DNA of 44,861 bases from Batkoa obscura (Eukaryota), in NCBI GenBank assembly GCA_030770535.1, contig JASVEC010000125.1, positions 1 to 44,861 on the forward strand. Direction: 5' to 3'. Every line of letters starts with the position of its first letter. The stretch's first letter is position 1. The notes beneath the pieces are model-generated. The model saw nothing but the letters and a program-made list of their open reading frames with translations, did no database searches and was not told the origin of the DNA. A program made the position numbers and the translations under genes. Below are positions 1 through 13,223 of the stretch, piece after piece.

Positions 1-1080
1 TAAGCATGAGGGATGGAATTTCTGTAATATTAGAAATAGAAATAAGTAAAGCACTAAAATAAAATCTTAAATTGTCCTACTTTTAGCTTTACTCTAATTT
101 TCAAATATAATCGTTATGCATTTGTATCATTTTGTCATAAACACTATGATTTTAAAAAAAGTTATATTTGAAACAGAGATGTTTATTGAGATATTTGATT
201 ACAATAAGTGGTTGGACATTTGTTTTATTAATTTGTTAGTATTTATAAAGTCGATCAATTTGTTAAATCATGAAAAGTAAACTCGGGTATTATTGTTTCA
301 AATATATCATCATAGTAACTTAATACTTATTATTAAAAATAGGTATGGAATTAAAGTAGTAAATAAGCTTGGTATTAAATTTAGTTAATACAGCGTATAT
401 GTTTTTAATTATTTTAATTATTAAGTGGTTACTAAATACAAATATTGAAATATTAATATATTATTAGATAATTATGATTTGACAGAATCAGTATTTAATC
501 AAGATTGCTAAAAGAGGATAAATGCTAACATTAAATCAAAAAAAGAAAATATTAATAAGTCAACTGTTAATTATAATAAATTTGTTCATCATCATATTTC
601 AATCAAAAATAGCTAAAGCTTTAGTCTATTTCAATTTCAATAATTAACTATTTTAATATATTCGACTTGTAGATTCTTCATAAGACAAATATCACAGTCT
701 AATAAAAAGAAATAACATAAAAGTCAAATATCGTAGTTAATAAAAAGCCAATATATTGATTTATTATTAAGTCTATATTATAAATTGAAGTAAGGAGTTA
801 AATATTTATTAAATATGAAATAAATAAATTATCAATTTAGTTTTAAAGCTAAGTAAACCTAAAAATAAAAATTGAGAAAAAGGGTTTCAACTTTATCTTA
901 AATTGTAACTAATTTAAACTAAGTTGTCTTAGCATCATTAATAATAAAACAAATTAATTTAGAAAATTTCGTACTTTAGATATTAAAATATATCACTAAT
1001 ATCTGATTACATATATTAATCAATAAAGGTGTTCGAAATATTATCATTTAGGAATATATTTTTGTTTCAGTATTTTATCT

Positions 1081-1183
1081 ATTTTCAAGTAATTTAAATT
1101 GTAAAGAAATATTACTAGTTAAACAAAAACATCCTTATATTAAATTTTCAAGTAATTTAAATTGTAAAGAAATATTACTAGTT
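1081..1183 (+). repeat. Perfect 40-bp direct repeat, period 63
   Basis: ATTTTCAAGTAATTTAAATTGTAAAGAAATATTACTAGTT at 1081 and 1144. Confidence 0.9.
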
Positions 1184-1207
1184 TGATTTACTTTTGAATT
1201 TTATACC

Positions 1208-1298
1208 TATGATGTTTTTGATTTTATTACTTTTCATTTTTTAAATGTCATTTGAGCAGAAACATTGAGTAGAATTCTTAAACAAAAAACACATTTTC
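1208..1298 (+). mobile_element. 98-bp MITE family, decayed copy
   Basis: GATGTTTTTGATTTTATTAC...CACATTTTC ATAT. Confidence 0.6.
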
Positions 1299-2269
1299 AT
1301 ATTCGAAATAAAGTTATCTTTGTTTCAAATTTGATTATACTAGCCATCTTCTAGTTGTTTAAATAAAATGAGATTCAAACTAAATTAGTTAAGTTTGATA
1401 GAAACATTCGGTTAATAGAATTATCATAAATAATAGATAAGGTTGAGCTCAGTTCCAATTGAATTTAGTTATTGGCTTCCATAGAGAAGAATTTAATTAG
1501 AAGAACATCTCAGATAGAGGCGTTTAAGTTTGGTTAAATCTGAAAATAAAAGTTCACAGTTTAATTAAACTCAGTTTACAAATGAAATGATAATGTTTTT
1601 AATGTCATCATTTTGATTATATTTTTATGTAAAATAGGATTCAAAAACAATCATTAATTCAGTAATGCGAAACCAAATCATTTTATATGTTTATTTTGAA
1701 TCAAATAACAAAGTTACTTTCAATAATTGTATTTGATTGTGGCTTTTATAAGGATTCAACTGGAATTCAATAGAACTTTGGGTTTAAACTGAGCTGACGT
1801 GAATCGACAGAATGTGACTATTGTTAAGCATAATGTTCTCATTAGTAAGTTAAAATGAGATTATTGAATAAAAAAAGGCATTTTCTCAAATTTGAAATTA
1901 TTAATTTCTTGGCTTTATTCGTTAGGCTTCGAGGCTTAGCTAAAAAATGAGATCATTTTCAGAGAGTTTAAATCTAGCTAATTAACAAACAGCTTTAAGT
2001 TTATCAAAGATAATGATTTGTATTTGGAAATTATGATAAAAATAGACTAAATTGTGGCTTAAAATTGGATTTTAGAATAAAATAACAAATCAAGTATCGA
2101 GTACCCAATATTAAGGAGAGGATTAACCAATATCATATAAAGTTAATTAAAAGGTGTAGTAGATAGAGAACTAAGTTTAAGTACAATAAATAACAAAATT
2201 ATCTTTTTATTTTTTATTTTTTATTTTCTATTTTTTTATTTCTTTATTTTCTATTTTAGTTAGTTAAAA

Positions 2270-3664
2270 ATGACTTTAACAACAAGACAAGCAAGTTTAA
2301 AAGAAAAAGTTGGCAAAGGAAAGGAATGGATTAGCATAGGTAATAAAAAATTACAATATTCCGGATACTTAATGAAGTTGGGCAAAAATTTATGCTGGCA
2401 GCGAAGACTATTTAAGTTTGATGGTGAGACTTTATATTGCTATAAGACCCAAAGAAGTATCAATAGTCCAGCTAATAATCCCTATGTAACCTCCGCTACT
2501 TTATTGAACCCAACGCCACACAAGTATTTAATTATTAAATGGAAGGTCAAAATTGAAGATATTGTGGATATTCAGTTGATTAAAGATAAAGTCAAAGAAA
2601 ATGATGCTTGGTTTATGGCTAAATCATCAAAAGCATTTGTACTCACTTTATCAAATGGGGAGAACCTTATCTTAAGGTCCAATAACAAAATGGACTTAGA
2701 TCGTTGGTTATTTACCTTATCAAGTCATTGGCCATTGTATAAATATCAAAATGGAACAAATAGTAATCAACATAGCTTTAGAGAAGCTTGTATTCAAGCT
2801 TGGAATCAATCCTCACTTTTAGTTCAAGCAGGACCAAGCTCACCTTCTATTCAAATTAATGACAATGAAATGGTTTGTAGTTTATTGCCACCTATTAAAG
2901 TACCATTTAAACAAGTAGAATTGGTTTCAGATACTAAACCTGATGTTGGAGACGCTAATATTAAAAATAATCATATTAAGAATAGTATTAATATAAATAA
3001 TAACTTGAGTAACAATGGCAGTAGTAGTTCTATTAATACAATTAATAGTAATAAAATGAATAAAATTAATCCCATTTCATCATTAAAACCAAGAGGCTTA
3101 ATCAATGTGAAACCAACGGTACCTAAGCATAAGCATTCACATTCTAATTCTAATCCTCAACTTCAATCTCAAACGAATCTTACACTCAATTCCAATGGTA
3201 ACAACATCGCTACTGCTAAACTCAGTAGACAGAAGCATCGACGTAATCAATCGGATGTAACTTTGGAATTACCTCGTTATAAGCCAACTAAACCAACTCA
3301 ACAGGTACCTTATATTGATATTATTGAAAGTAAACAGAGAGCTACGAACAAGGACAAATTCCCTATTACCCCATCTCAGCATAACAATGTAAATATGAAA
3401 AAACTAAATAAACCTTTAGTGCAGCAGACACGTCCCAACTTACATTTAAGATCTTTATCAAATGAAAGCGTAGGTTATCCCACATTGAAACCAAAAACTA
3501 ATTTATATGGTAGTTCTCAAGTTAGGTTAAATGAACAGAAACGATTTAATAAATTGAAGTATGATACTAACAATTATTTGCCTCCAATTCATCCCATTGG
3601 TCATACTAAGGTTGGGTTTTATCCTACTCCAGGAGTTAAAAATGCTAAGGCTTATCTTAGTTAA
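2270..3664 (+). CDS. PH-domain protein with long Asn/Ser-rich disordered C-terminus
   Basis: 464-aa ORF; GYLMKLGK..WQRRLFKFDGETLYCYK and closing helix DLDRWLFTL match the PH-domain pattern. Confidence 0.8.
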   Translation: MTLTTRQASLKEKVGKGKEWISIGNKKLQYSGYLMKLGKNLCWQRRLFKFDGETLYCYKTQRSINSPANNPYVTSATLLNPTPHKYLIIKWKVKIEDIVDIQLIKDKVKENDAWFMAKSSKAFVLTLSNGENLILRSNNKMDLDRWLFTLSSHWPLYKYQNGTNSNQHSFREACIQAWNQSSLLVQAGPSSPSIQINDNEMVCSLLPPIKVPFKQVELVSDTKPDVGDANIKNNHIKNSININNNLSNNGSSSSINTINSNKMNKINPISSLKPRGLINVKPTVPKHKHSHSNSNPQLQSQTNLTLNSNGNNIATAKLSRQKHRRNQSDVTLELPRYKPTKPTQQVPYIDIIESKQRATNKDKFPITPSQHNNVNMKKLNKPLVQQTRPNLHLRSLSNESVGYPTLKPKTNLYGSSQVRLNEQKRFNKLKYDTNNYLPPIHPIGHTKVGFYPTPGVKNAKAYLS

Positions 3665-3901
3665 GCCGTTAAGGAGCGAAAGTGAAGACGACATGAACTT
3701 TGTTCTTTATGTTTGGCTGCAGGTTAGTTGAAAGTATTAAAGTTGTTATTTTTTTAAATTAGTTGCTATTGTTTCATTGCATTTATTTTCTATATAAGTA
3801 TTATTATGCCGTAGTTTATCTGAGTTTAGAATATATTTAGCATATATAATAGTTTGAGATGGTTGTAATGATATTATTACTTTTATAATATATCACTATA
3901 T

Positions 3902-3999
3902 GGTGATGTATTTGTATTCAAGGATTTTACTAACAATATTTCCACTCAAATAGCGCTTAAGAGATGGAAAGTAATAATAAAGCCAAAAAAAACATTCCC
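3902..3999 (-). mobile_element. 98-bp MITE
   Basis: Family match; TSD ATAT. Confidence 0.85.
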
Positions 4000-5113
4000 A
4001 TATTATGCAATCATGTTTTTTTAAATTATTAATTTAACTTTAAATTGTTTTTTAAATTTTGAGCTTTTAGTCAAACGAATTCTAAGAATTAATAAAATAA
4101 TAATAGAATCAACTGTTAAAATTAGATCAATTTTAAAGTAGTATGTATATTTTTCCTTTACAACAAAAAGATAGTACAATAAAATTGTCATAATCCAAAT
4201 ATATCAACTTATCATTGTTTATTATTATTACTTAATAACAATAAGCATTGAAACAAAAATATTCTGAGATTTATTAGCCTAAATTAAGTTTGAAAATAAT
4301 AATATACATTTGAAGTTCAAGAGCGAAGATGTGCGGAATATTTGCCCATTTATACTTTAATACAATTGCTGATAATTGGGCAAGTATTCTACCGATTCTC
4401 ACCTTTCCATCTTATCAAATCCACACTAACTTTGAACTAAAACATTAATAAAAAATAGATAAAGGTAGGCTTATCTTAATAGCATTTAATTCAAGAGTTA
4501 TCAAAACAATAATAAACTCTTTAATGGAGTTATTTTAGTTTATATAATAATACTATATCAACTTTAACATTAAATAATAATCAATTCACTTTAAGCGTCT
4601 TCAAAGTAGACTTATTAAATTATTAAAATAAACCATATTAAAAAATTAATAAATTTATTAACTTGAAAACTAAAAGTTATGAAATCATATTTTATTCTCT
4701 CCCCATAAAGTCAGGATAGATAGTAAACTTCACCAATCAAAAATGAATAATCTATACATTATCATCAAAAATTATTCTGATTGGCTTTAATCGAATTCTA
4801 ACATAACTTAACTAAAGCCAAATTTACTCCACAAAATTCAATGTATGGCGTCTTCATTTACTCCAATCGTTATTATTTCTATATTTAACATTGATATTCC
4901 TTGTAGGCATGGTAAGGTTGGCTATTTTAATTGGCTTTTAGTGAAATATTTAAAATCAATTTTTAGCGAAAAGGATAAGCTTAACAGCTGATAACATTAC
5001 ATTACAAATTTAAAATAAGGCTATAAATAAGCTGAATGCATTCTTTAACATATTAATTTTCATTTCTTTCTTTCTTTTTTCTTAATAATAATAATAATAA
5101 TAAATACGATTCC

Positions 5114-5962
5114 ATGGAAGCAACACCATATATCGATGAACCAATGTCACTCCAACCATCAACAATGAATGATCGTCCGTTTGTATGTAACATTTGTAAC
5201 TTTGCTTTTAAAAGATTAGAACATCGTACGCGTCATATCCGTAAACACACTGGGGAAAAACCGCAAAAGTGTTTATTTCCAGGATGTAATAAACGATTTT
5301 CCAGATCAGATGAATTAGCGAGACATGCTCATGTTCATAAAAATTTACCTAAAAAAAACAAGAAAGTATTAAAACCAACATTGAATTTTAAACAAGTAAG
5401 TATTAATACCAATGGCCAGTTATCCAAAGGAAGTGCTGACAGCAGAAAAGTAACAAAGGGAAATAAGAAATTAAGTTGTCCTTTTATTAATTGTGATGAA
5501 AAATTCAAAAATCAAACTTTATTAAATTGTCATTTTAAATCTCATAATGAAGAGATTTTAATCAATCAAGAAGTTGGTAGTAATAATGAGGAAATGGCAT
5601 TAAATCTTAATTCAAATCCTATTCATCCTACTCCTATTCATTCTCCTAATTTACCCCCTTTATCTCCTCACATCGCTTCCAGTACAATCAATACTTCTAA
5701 TGTTAATACTTCTTCCTCAGCTTTTAAAATCTCTGATCCTTATCGTGTTCGTTCTTTATCTTTGGTTAATTTAGGGGAAGCATTACTACAATCTCGTGTT
5801 GGTTTACCACCTTCAATTACTCATACTCATATTCATACTGAAAAGACTAGACCATCTAAAATATTAGATATTATTCAGTTACCTTCTTTAAAAACGATAC
5901 TATCTTTACCAGACCCTTTTGTTGATAATAACCTTAAGTTAAAACCAATACTTAAATTTTAA
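5114..5962 (+). CDS. CreA/Mig1-family C2H2 zinc-finger transcription factor
   Basis: [46 protein letters not shown] matches the CreA/Mig1 double finger; third finger CPFINC..HFKSH; C-terminal LPSLKTIL resembles the Mig1 effector motif. Confidence 0.88.
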   Translation: MEATPYIDEPMSLQPSTMNDRPFVCNICNFAFKRLEHRTRHIRKHTGEKPQKCLFPGCNKRFSRSDELARHAHVHKNLPKKNKKVLKPTLNFKQVSINTNGQLSKGSADSRKVTKGNKKLSCPFINCDEKFKNQTLLNCHFKSHNEEILINQEVGSNNEEMALNLNSNPIHPTPIHSPNLPPLSPHIASSTINTSNVNTSSSAFKISDPYRVRSLSLVNLGEALLQSRVGLPPSITHTHIHTEKTRPSKILDIIQLPSLKTILSLPDPFVDNNLKLKPILKF

Positions 5963-6184
5963 CTTAATAGGTTATTTTTATTTTATAATTTAATTTTTAA
6001 TCTTGTTATAGTTTGCTGGTAATTCAATCTTGTTAATAAATATAAATAGTATATCATTCTTAATATTTTTTTATTTTTTTATATTGTAACTTTGTAGATA
6101 ACATTGTTTGCTTCTAGTACTTCAAATTTAAGATAGATGATATCAAGGTTATATTCGTAAAATTGGTTCATTTTTTTAGAATAT

Positions 6185-6279
6185 GGAGGTGTTTTTTTGA
6201 CTTTATTTTTTCCATTTTTTAAGCACTATTTTAAATGGAAATTTGTTAGTAAAATTCTTCAACACAAAAATACATTCCC
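6185..6279 (+). mobile_element. 98-bp MITE
   Basis: Family match; TSD ATAT. Confidence 0.85.
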
Positions 6280-6950
6280 ATATACTTTTTTATATTATAA
6301 ACCAATAGTTTTAAATTATTGTGTTGATTTAGAGCTAGTTGTATTTAAATGCTCTCACTTTTTTATAATTTGTTACTGATTTCTTTTATAATGAATTTAT
6401 CAATTCATGGGTTTTTCTAATGTTATTAAATTCATCATAAAAAAATTAGCAACAAACTAAAAAAAAACAAGCATTTAAATGCAACTAGTTTGATTAAAAC
6501 TCAATGTTAAAAACTATTTTTTCAATAAAAAAGCAAATTTATATTATTGAACTTATATTGTATAATATCTTCATTGTTTTACTATCATTGATAATCAATA
6601 TTTGATCACTTATAATTATCTATAATGATTAATAGTAGAACTTTTACGTTGATCTTTTGTTTATTTTGTTTAAAATACTAGATAGTATTATTTACTAAGT
6701 TTATTTAAATTTATCCTATTATATTTAGGGATGTTTTCAATAGTCGAAGTCAGCTGAAATTTATTAGATGACTAAACAAATAAAAATGGGATAAGAAATA
6801 GTTTGAGTTTATTCTAATCTATTAATAAATAAAAAGGGGACATGATACTCAATATTATTTAATAAATAAAATTATTGAATAAAGAAGTGAGTTATAACAT
6901 TAGGTGTTTTGGTGTATTTTATTTAAATTTACAAATTTAAGCTATAGTAT

Positions 6951-7051
6951 GGGGATGTTTTTTTTGGGTTCATTATTTTTTCCATCTTTTAAGCGCTATT
7001 TGAGTAAAGAAAATTGTTAGTAAAATTCTTAAATACAAAAATACATCCTCC
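6951..7051 (+). mobile_element. 98-bp MITE (GTAAAGAAAA variant)
   Basis: Near-identical to rc of 29003-29103. Confidence 0.85.
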
Positions 7052-7387
7052 TATTTTTATGATTTATTCTTTTCTACAAATTTATATATGAATAAAAAAA
7101 CAGATCCAGACGGATAGTTTAAATAAGATAATAAAACTAAATTAAGAATAGGACAATGAATAAGCCAATGAATAGATTGTTAATAGAGTAACGAATAGCG
7201 GATAACAATTAATTAATGTGATAAAAAGGAGATTGTATGTATTAAAGAGTTGTATTTAAAACTAAGCTTTAAATAAGTTAAAAGAAATTAAGATAAAATA
7301 ATCTCTTTGTATATATTTATTTTGATATCAATCTTTAGATTATGGCAAATAACAAAAAATTAGTCAATTTTTATGATAAAATTATAT

Positions 7388-7481
7388 GAAGTTTTTTTAG
7401 TTTCATTACTTTTTCCATTTTTTAAGTGCTATTTAAGTGCAAAGATTATTAGTAAAACTCTTAAACAAAAAATACATTCCC
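7388..7481 (+). mobile_element. 98-bp MITE, decayed
   Basis: Family match with damaged left end. Confidence 0.75.
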
Positions 7482-8331
7482 TATATTATCTTTATTGTCT
7501 TGGCTTATTTGATCACTTTTTAGTTTAAAAAGTGAAAAAAACTACCAACTGAGATTTAATATAACCTTAATTTTATATTAAACCTGTGTTCAAAATTTGA
7601 AATGAATAAAAAGATAAGTTATTATTCTATTTTAATTAATTTTGTAATAAACAATTAATGAATAAATATTAAACTAACTCAGTACTTTAGCTTTTTATCT
7701 AATATGTTTTATATTACATTATATTATATATTTTATATTATATTTTATATTTTATATTATACATTAAATTAATTAATCATATCAAAAAGCAGTTAATTTT
7801 CATTTTATCAATTAAATATCAGTGATATAAAAAAATGAGCTCATAGTTGCTAAAATAACTAAAAAATTCTAAATTCTAAACTCTAAGTGGAGGTTAAGAC
7901 TAATAAATCAATAGAATAATCACTTGAGTTTAAGAATAATTAAAATAAAATTAAAACATTATGACCTGTAACAAGTGTAATTTTTTAATAACAATAAAAA
8001 TATTAAAAATATAATTTTATTTTTACTTTTAACTCGAACAACTCCTATAAATGTTTAATAGAGTATTATAATTGAAAAAGCAACTTTGATTAACAAAAAA
8101 TAAGTCAAAAACAAACCCCAAGTTTAAAAATAAACTTCATATAATTGGATAATGATAGTGATCCATAACCAATAAGATTCAAAAAATAGGGAATTATTGC
8201 GGTAAACCTAAAACATGTTAATTGATAACTACTAGAAATAAAATTAATTTATTTTAAACATTATTTTTACTAACATTTTAATATTATTACTTTCTTGGCT
8301 ATTAATTTGATTATTAAAGTAAAAAAGAAAG

Positions 8332-10113
8332 ATGCAGTTTCATTATTTAACGTTATTATTATCTTTTATTCAATTTATCAATAGTAATAAAATTGAAGGT
8401 TTTACAAGAGCAACAAGTATTATATATGATCAAGTATTATTATCCTTTTTATCCGAAGTCGAAACGACGGATAAGTTTGTCAACAAAAATAAATTATTAC
8501 AGGTCAATTTAAGTACCATTATAAATTTATCAGATATTCAACGAAACAATCAAGTTAATACAATAGGTTTACCTAATTGTGTTGTACCCAGTGTGTTTAG
8601 TTTAACTAAAAATTATCCACCATTATTAGTTTATGTACAAATAGATAAAGAAACTTTATTACAACAAAGACCGTTGACTAGTTCTTTTTATTTTTATAAT
8701 TATACTACATCTAAATGGAATATTGAACCCACTTTATCGCTAAATTCTCCCGTTAAAAGGTCTGGTGCAAGTATCACTATAGATGAACAACAAAATATAT
8801 ATATATTTGGTGGGTTTATTGTAGATCCTAATAGTAATAGTTTTTTATTAACTCGACAAATGTATAAATTTGATATTATTAAAAATCAGTGGTTAGATTT
8901 ATCTATTGATGCTATTAATAAAGGAATATTACCATCGGCTTTTCACTCAGCTACTCTAATTGAAGGAGATAAAATTGTTTATTTAGGTGGAGCTAGTATG
9001 AGAATTACACAAGATAACGATGACGTTAAAGAAATTAGTTTACAGAGTACATTGAAAAAAGATTTAAGTTTAATTACCATTTATGATATTAAAAAAAATC
9101 AATGGATAATCAGAAATTCCACTAATTTCTCAATAAAACCTAGAATTGGCCATTCAGCTACATTTATTAAAGAGATTAATAGTATATTAATTTATGGAGG
9201 TACAGATCAAATTACAGGTAAAGGTGTCATCTATGATGATATTCAATTGTTAAATTTAAATACATACCAATGGAAAATGTTACCAACTATGTTTTTTAAT
9301 CAAACATTATTTAATATTGGACGAGCTTGGCATTCTTCTTTATTGATTGATAATAAATTATTGTATTTATATGGAGATAAATCAATACAAGAAGATTGGA
9401 CAGATATAATGATATTAAATATACAAAACATAACGAACAACATTATTAATTGGGATAAAACAATCGGACCAGCCCAAGATTATCAACAAGAAAATTTTAA
9501 TAATTTATTTATGAAGGTCAAATATCCCACTGAATTTGTAACATTACCACCACAAGGTGATGAATTACCTTCCAATAATGGATTAATATTAGGTATTACT
9601 TTTGGATTAGTTGGGGGTATATTTTTGACCTTTTTAATCTTTTTTTTATTATGGAAATATAAAATGAAAAAATTAAACAAGATTAATAATAATAAGTTAA
9701 ATAGAAATTCAGTTAATTCTTTTTTATCAAATGCCCCATTATTAACTCCTATTTGGTCTAATTTCAATAATAACAATCCCTTTCAATTAGATCGTACTAA
9801 TTCAAAAATTTGGGAATTAGATTCTCATTATGCAGATTCAATTATTGATAATAAATTAACAACAATGAATAGTATGAGTAATACCTATTTTCATTCAATT
9901 ATGTCATCAAATAAGAGAATTAATAACAATAATAATAATAATAGAGACGAAGATAAAGATGATACATTTAATGAAAATGATACTTTAATTGCTACTCGTC
10001 GTTGGTCTGCAGATATTATTAGACAATCTCCTAAAGTATTGAATGAATTACCTCCTAATCAAGACCAGGCTACTACTAGCTTTTTATCTACCTCAGTTAC
10101 CCGTTTTAATTGA
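8332..10113 (+). CDS. Kelch-repeat single-pass membrane protein
   Basis: N-terminal signal peptide, repeated H-S/A...GG...W Kelch motifs (IYIFGG, IVYLGG, ILIYGG), hydrophobic LILGITFGLVGGIFLTFLIFFLLW followed by basic residues. Confidence 0.85.
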   Translation: MQFHYLTLLLSFIQFINSNKIEGFTRATSIIYDQVLLSFLSEVETTDKFVNKNKLLQVNLSTIINLSDIQRNNQVNTIGLPNCVVPSVFSLTKNYPPLLVYVQIDKETLLQQRPLTSSFYFYNYTTSKWNIEPTLSLNSPVKRSGASITIDEQQNIYIFGGFIVDPNSNSFLLTRQMYKFDIIKNQWLDLSIDAINKGILPSAFHSATLIEGDKIVYLGGASMRITQDNDDVKEISLQSTLKKDLSLITIYDIKKNQWIIRNSTNFSIKPRIGHSATFIKEINSILIYGGTDQITGKGVIYDDIQLLNLNTYQWKMLPTMFFNQTLFNIGRAWHSSLLIDNKLLYLYGDKSIQEDWTDIMILNIQNITNNIINWDKTIGPAQDYQQENFNNLFMKVKYPTEFVTLPPQGDELPSNNGLILGITFGLVGGIFLTFLIFFLLWKYKMKKLNKINNNKLNRNSVNSFLSNAPLLTPIWSNFNNNNPFQLDRTNSKIWELDSHYADSIIDNKLTTMNSMSNTYFHSIMSSNKRINNNNNNNRDEDKDDTFNENDTLIATRRWSADIIRQSPKVLNELPPNQDQATTSFLSTSVTRFN

Positions 10114-10295
10114 TTTTTGTTTTAATTTTAAAAAAGAAAACGTGGGTGCTATTATCAACCCTCTGTTTCTTTTTTTAATAACTATGTGTTTTATTAATAT
10201 ATTCTATTTATTAAAGTTGGATCCTTTTTTTTGATTTTGAAATTTAATTTATAGTTATTATATTATATGCCTCTTATTTTTATTATATTTTTAAA

Positions 10296-12021
10296 TTATT
10301 CAATTTTATTAAAGAAATCCAAATTCAAATTTTTATCTTCATTATGAAATGAAGAATGCAATAATAATTTAGAATTACTAATATCAAAGATACGTTCCTA
10401 AATTAAATATTAAATATTAAATTCTAATTAATATATTAGGTTTTACCTCAATAGTATTTAATGTAATTAACTTATATACTGTAACATCTTTTGTTTGACC
10501 AACTCCTAATAAAAAATATATTAACACATGTTATTTTTTAGCTTACTTTTATTTAATAATACTTACTATGAGCTCTTGCTTCTGCCTGTCTATCATTTTG
10601 AGGATTATGATCCAAATCATGTAAAATAACTGTATCTGCTGAAGTTAAATTAATACCTGTCGATGCTGCTTTAGTAGATAATAAAAAGATTGATATATTT
10701 CTATTATTATTAAATTCATGAATTAAATTTTGTCGGTCATTTTGAGCAGTAGCACCATCTAAACGGAGATATTCTATATTAAGGTTCGTAACTACGGTTT
10801 CTAAAATGTCTAAGACCATCACAAATTGACTAAAAATAATAATTTTATGATTCTATTATAAATAAATAAGTTAATTATTCGATACTATATAATAATATTT
10901 ACCTGTTGAATTAATTTTGGTAAATTTTCTATCATCCATTTTACTTTACCACTATTCATATATTTATCATTGGACAATAAATATTTATTAATACACTTCA
11001 ATAGATAAATCAAATTATAATAAATTTAACAAATTCAATAACTTACTTTGTATTTTTGACATAATTCGATCATATCTGAATCTGCGTAAGGCACTAAATC
11101 CTATTATTGTTGTTATATATTATATTAGATAATATAGAATAATAATCCTTACCTCATAAATAGCATCCACATCCGAATCATGGAATTTAGGATCCTAAAT
11201 CAATAAATCAATATTTGAAATAATATTTATATATTAAATATACTTTAATAATCTCTTTAGCAATTTTCCTTTTTAATTTTTGAGTATAATAAAAACCCTT
11301 AGGTATTAATAATACATGATTGGCAATTCTTCTCAATTTAAATGAAATATCCATTAATTGATTATTGCCCAATAGTTTCCAATCTTTAATTTGCTCAATT
11401 ATTGAATTATATGCTTTCTTTTGACTATCTTCTAAGCAGATTTTGATTACTTTTTCTGTTTTTATAGGCAGGGATTTTAATACCTAGGGAAATAGGAATA
11501 CGTTATTACTGTTTATACTATTATTGATTAACTTACGTCTTCTTTAGTTCTCCTTAAAATAAAATTATCTACTAATTTTTTTAATTTTTGTAATCTTAAA
11601 TTAAATAATTGATCCAGCTTTTGCATTTTATTATCTTTCAAATGACCAAATTTTAATATATTTGAGTTTAGTAATACTTCCAAATACTCATTATTTTTAA
11701 CACAAAATGGTTGATTAAAAAACATAAATAAATTAAATAATTCCATTAAATTATTTTGTAATGGAGTGCCAGTTAATATTAATTTAAAGTTACATTTTAA
11801 TTTACTTAAATATTGATAATTTTGAGTTTGCTGATTTTTTATTAAATGTCCTTCATCTAATATAATACTTTGATATGTTAATGATTTAAAAAAATGACGA
11901 TCATATTTATCAGAGTTGATTAAGTTGTAAGTACTGATTATTACTTGTGGCTGAATGTTACCTCGTTTATAATCAAAATGGATTCGTGCTCTTTCAGATT
12001 GAGTACCTAATAATAATGATA

Positions 12022-12065
<44 letters not shown>

Positions 12066-13223
12066 GTTTAATTTACCTTTATAAGCTAACACTTTGATAA
12101 CTTTACAAAATTTATTGAATTCTTCTATCCAATTATCTAATACGGAAGCAGGTACAACAATCAGATTGATATCATTATGATTTAAATTTAATATAATATA
12201 TGATAATAATGTAATCACTTGGCATGTTTTTCCTAATCCCATATTAATAATAATAATAATTAATATAACAATATAATATAAATATAAACAACTTACTTCA
12301 TCTGCTAAAATAGCTCCACATTGATTTTGATATTTATTTAGCAACCATTTGACTCCTTCTAATTGATAATCTTTTAATAAAATCCCATTATTTAATTCAA
12401 ATCTAATATTTTTAAATCCTTTAATAATAAATTGATTTTGCCATTGATTTGATAAATTTACTAATTGATCCAAGGCATTAAATCCATTAATGATTTTATA
12501 GTATTTATCAATCAAACTTTGTTTTATTAATATTCTCAAATCCTCTATAGTATTATAAGGTCGATGAGATATAATATTTTGTACGCGTTCTTCTTTCTCT
12601 ATGGTTAATAATTTTTTAATTTCTTCTATACTACTTTGATTAAAGAAAGTCAAAATATCTAAATATTCATGAGTGGTAATTTCCTCCTTAATTATTCTTT
12701 CAGATAAATCAATAACATCCTCTTTTTCTTCTTCATTTTGTTTTTCTATCAATTCAACATCCGAATCTATCACTTTTTTTCTCTTATGTCGGATGATTTC
12801 TATCTCCGAATCACTACTATTATCACTCCCTTCTATACATACCACTTCAGGTTTATTTTTTTTTGCAATAGTGTTCTCTTCTTCAGTATCGCTATCTACG
12901 ACCAACTTTGCTCTTTGTCTATGACTTTTTTTGACTATCATACCTTCTTCATCACTAGAGTCAATGATTACTCTTCTTTTTGTAGATTGAGAACTCTAAT
13001 TAATAAAATAAATAAAAACATATGGTAGCATTCATCAACGACTTACCAAACTAATTACTTCTTCTTCATCTTGTTCTTCATTTATAATAATCTCGTCCAT
13101 TCCCTTTCTAATATGACTAGCTTCTCTACTTAAGGATTGTACTCGCTTATTTAATAAGCTACCATCTTCATAAACTTCAATAATTTCATAGTCATTGGTT
13201 CTATTATCCTCTGAGTTAGCCAT
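10296..13223 (-). CDS. SNF2-family chromatin remodeller, Fun30/SMARCAD1-like, about 10 introns
   Basis: Exon fragments give LKDYQLEGVKWL, ILADE/MGLGKT, DEGH, TGTPLQNN, ILRRTK, YLRLDGAT, FLLSTKA, NPQNDRQAEARAHRVGQ; GTAAGT donors; stop inferred at 10296-10298. Confidence 0.88.
12022..12063. repeat. Intronic (ATT)n microsatellite
   Basis: About 13 ATT units with one slip. Confidence 0.85.

Noticed and set aside
6197..6379. Small ORFs at 6197, 16218, 16680, 26875, 30436, 31584, 34184
   Set aside because: Derived from MITE sequence or antisense transposon sequence.
9483..9776. Short ORFs overlapping genes (also 10043, 12673, 12738, 37018, 37428, 38728, 42313, 43372, 43915)
   Set aside because: Antisense or off-frame shadows of real genes.
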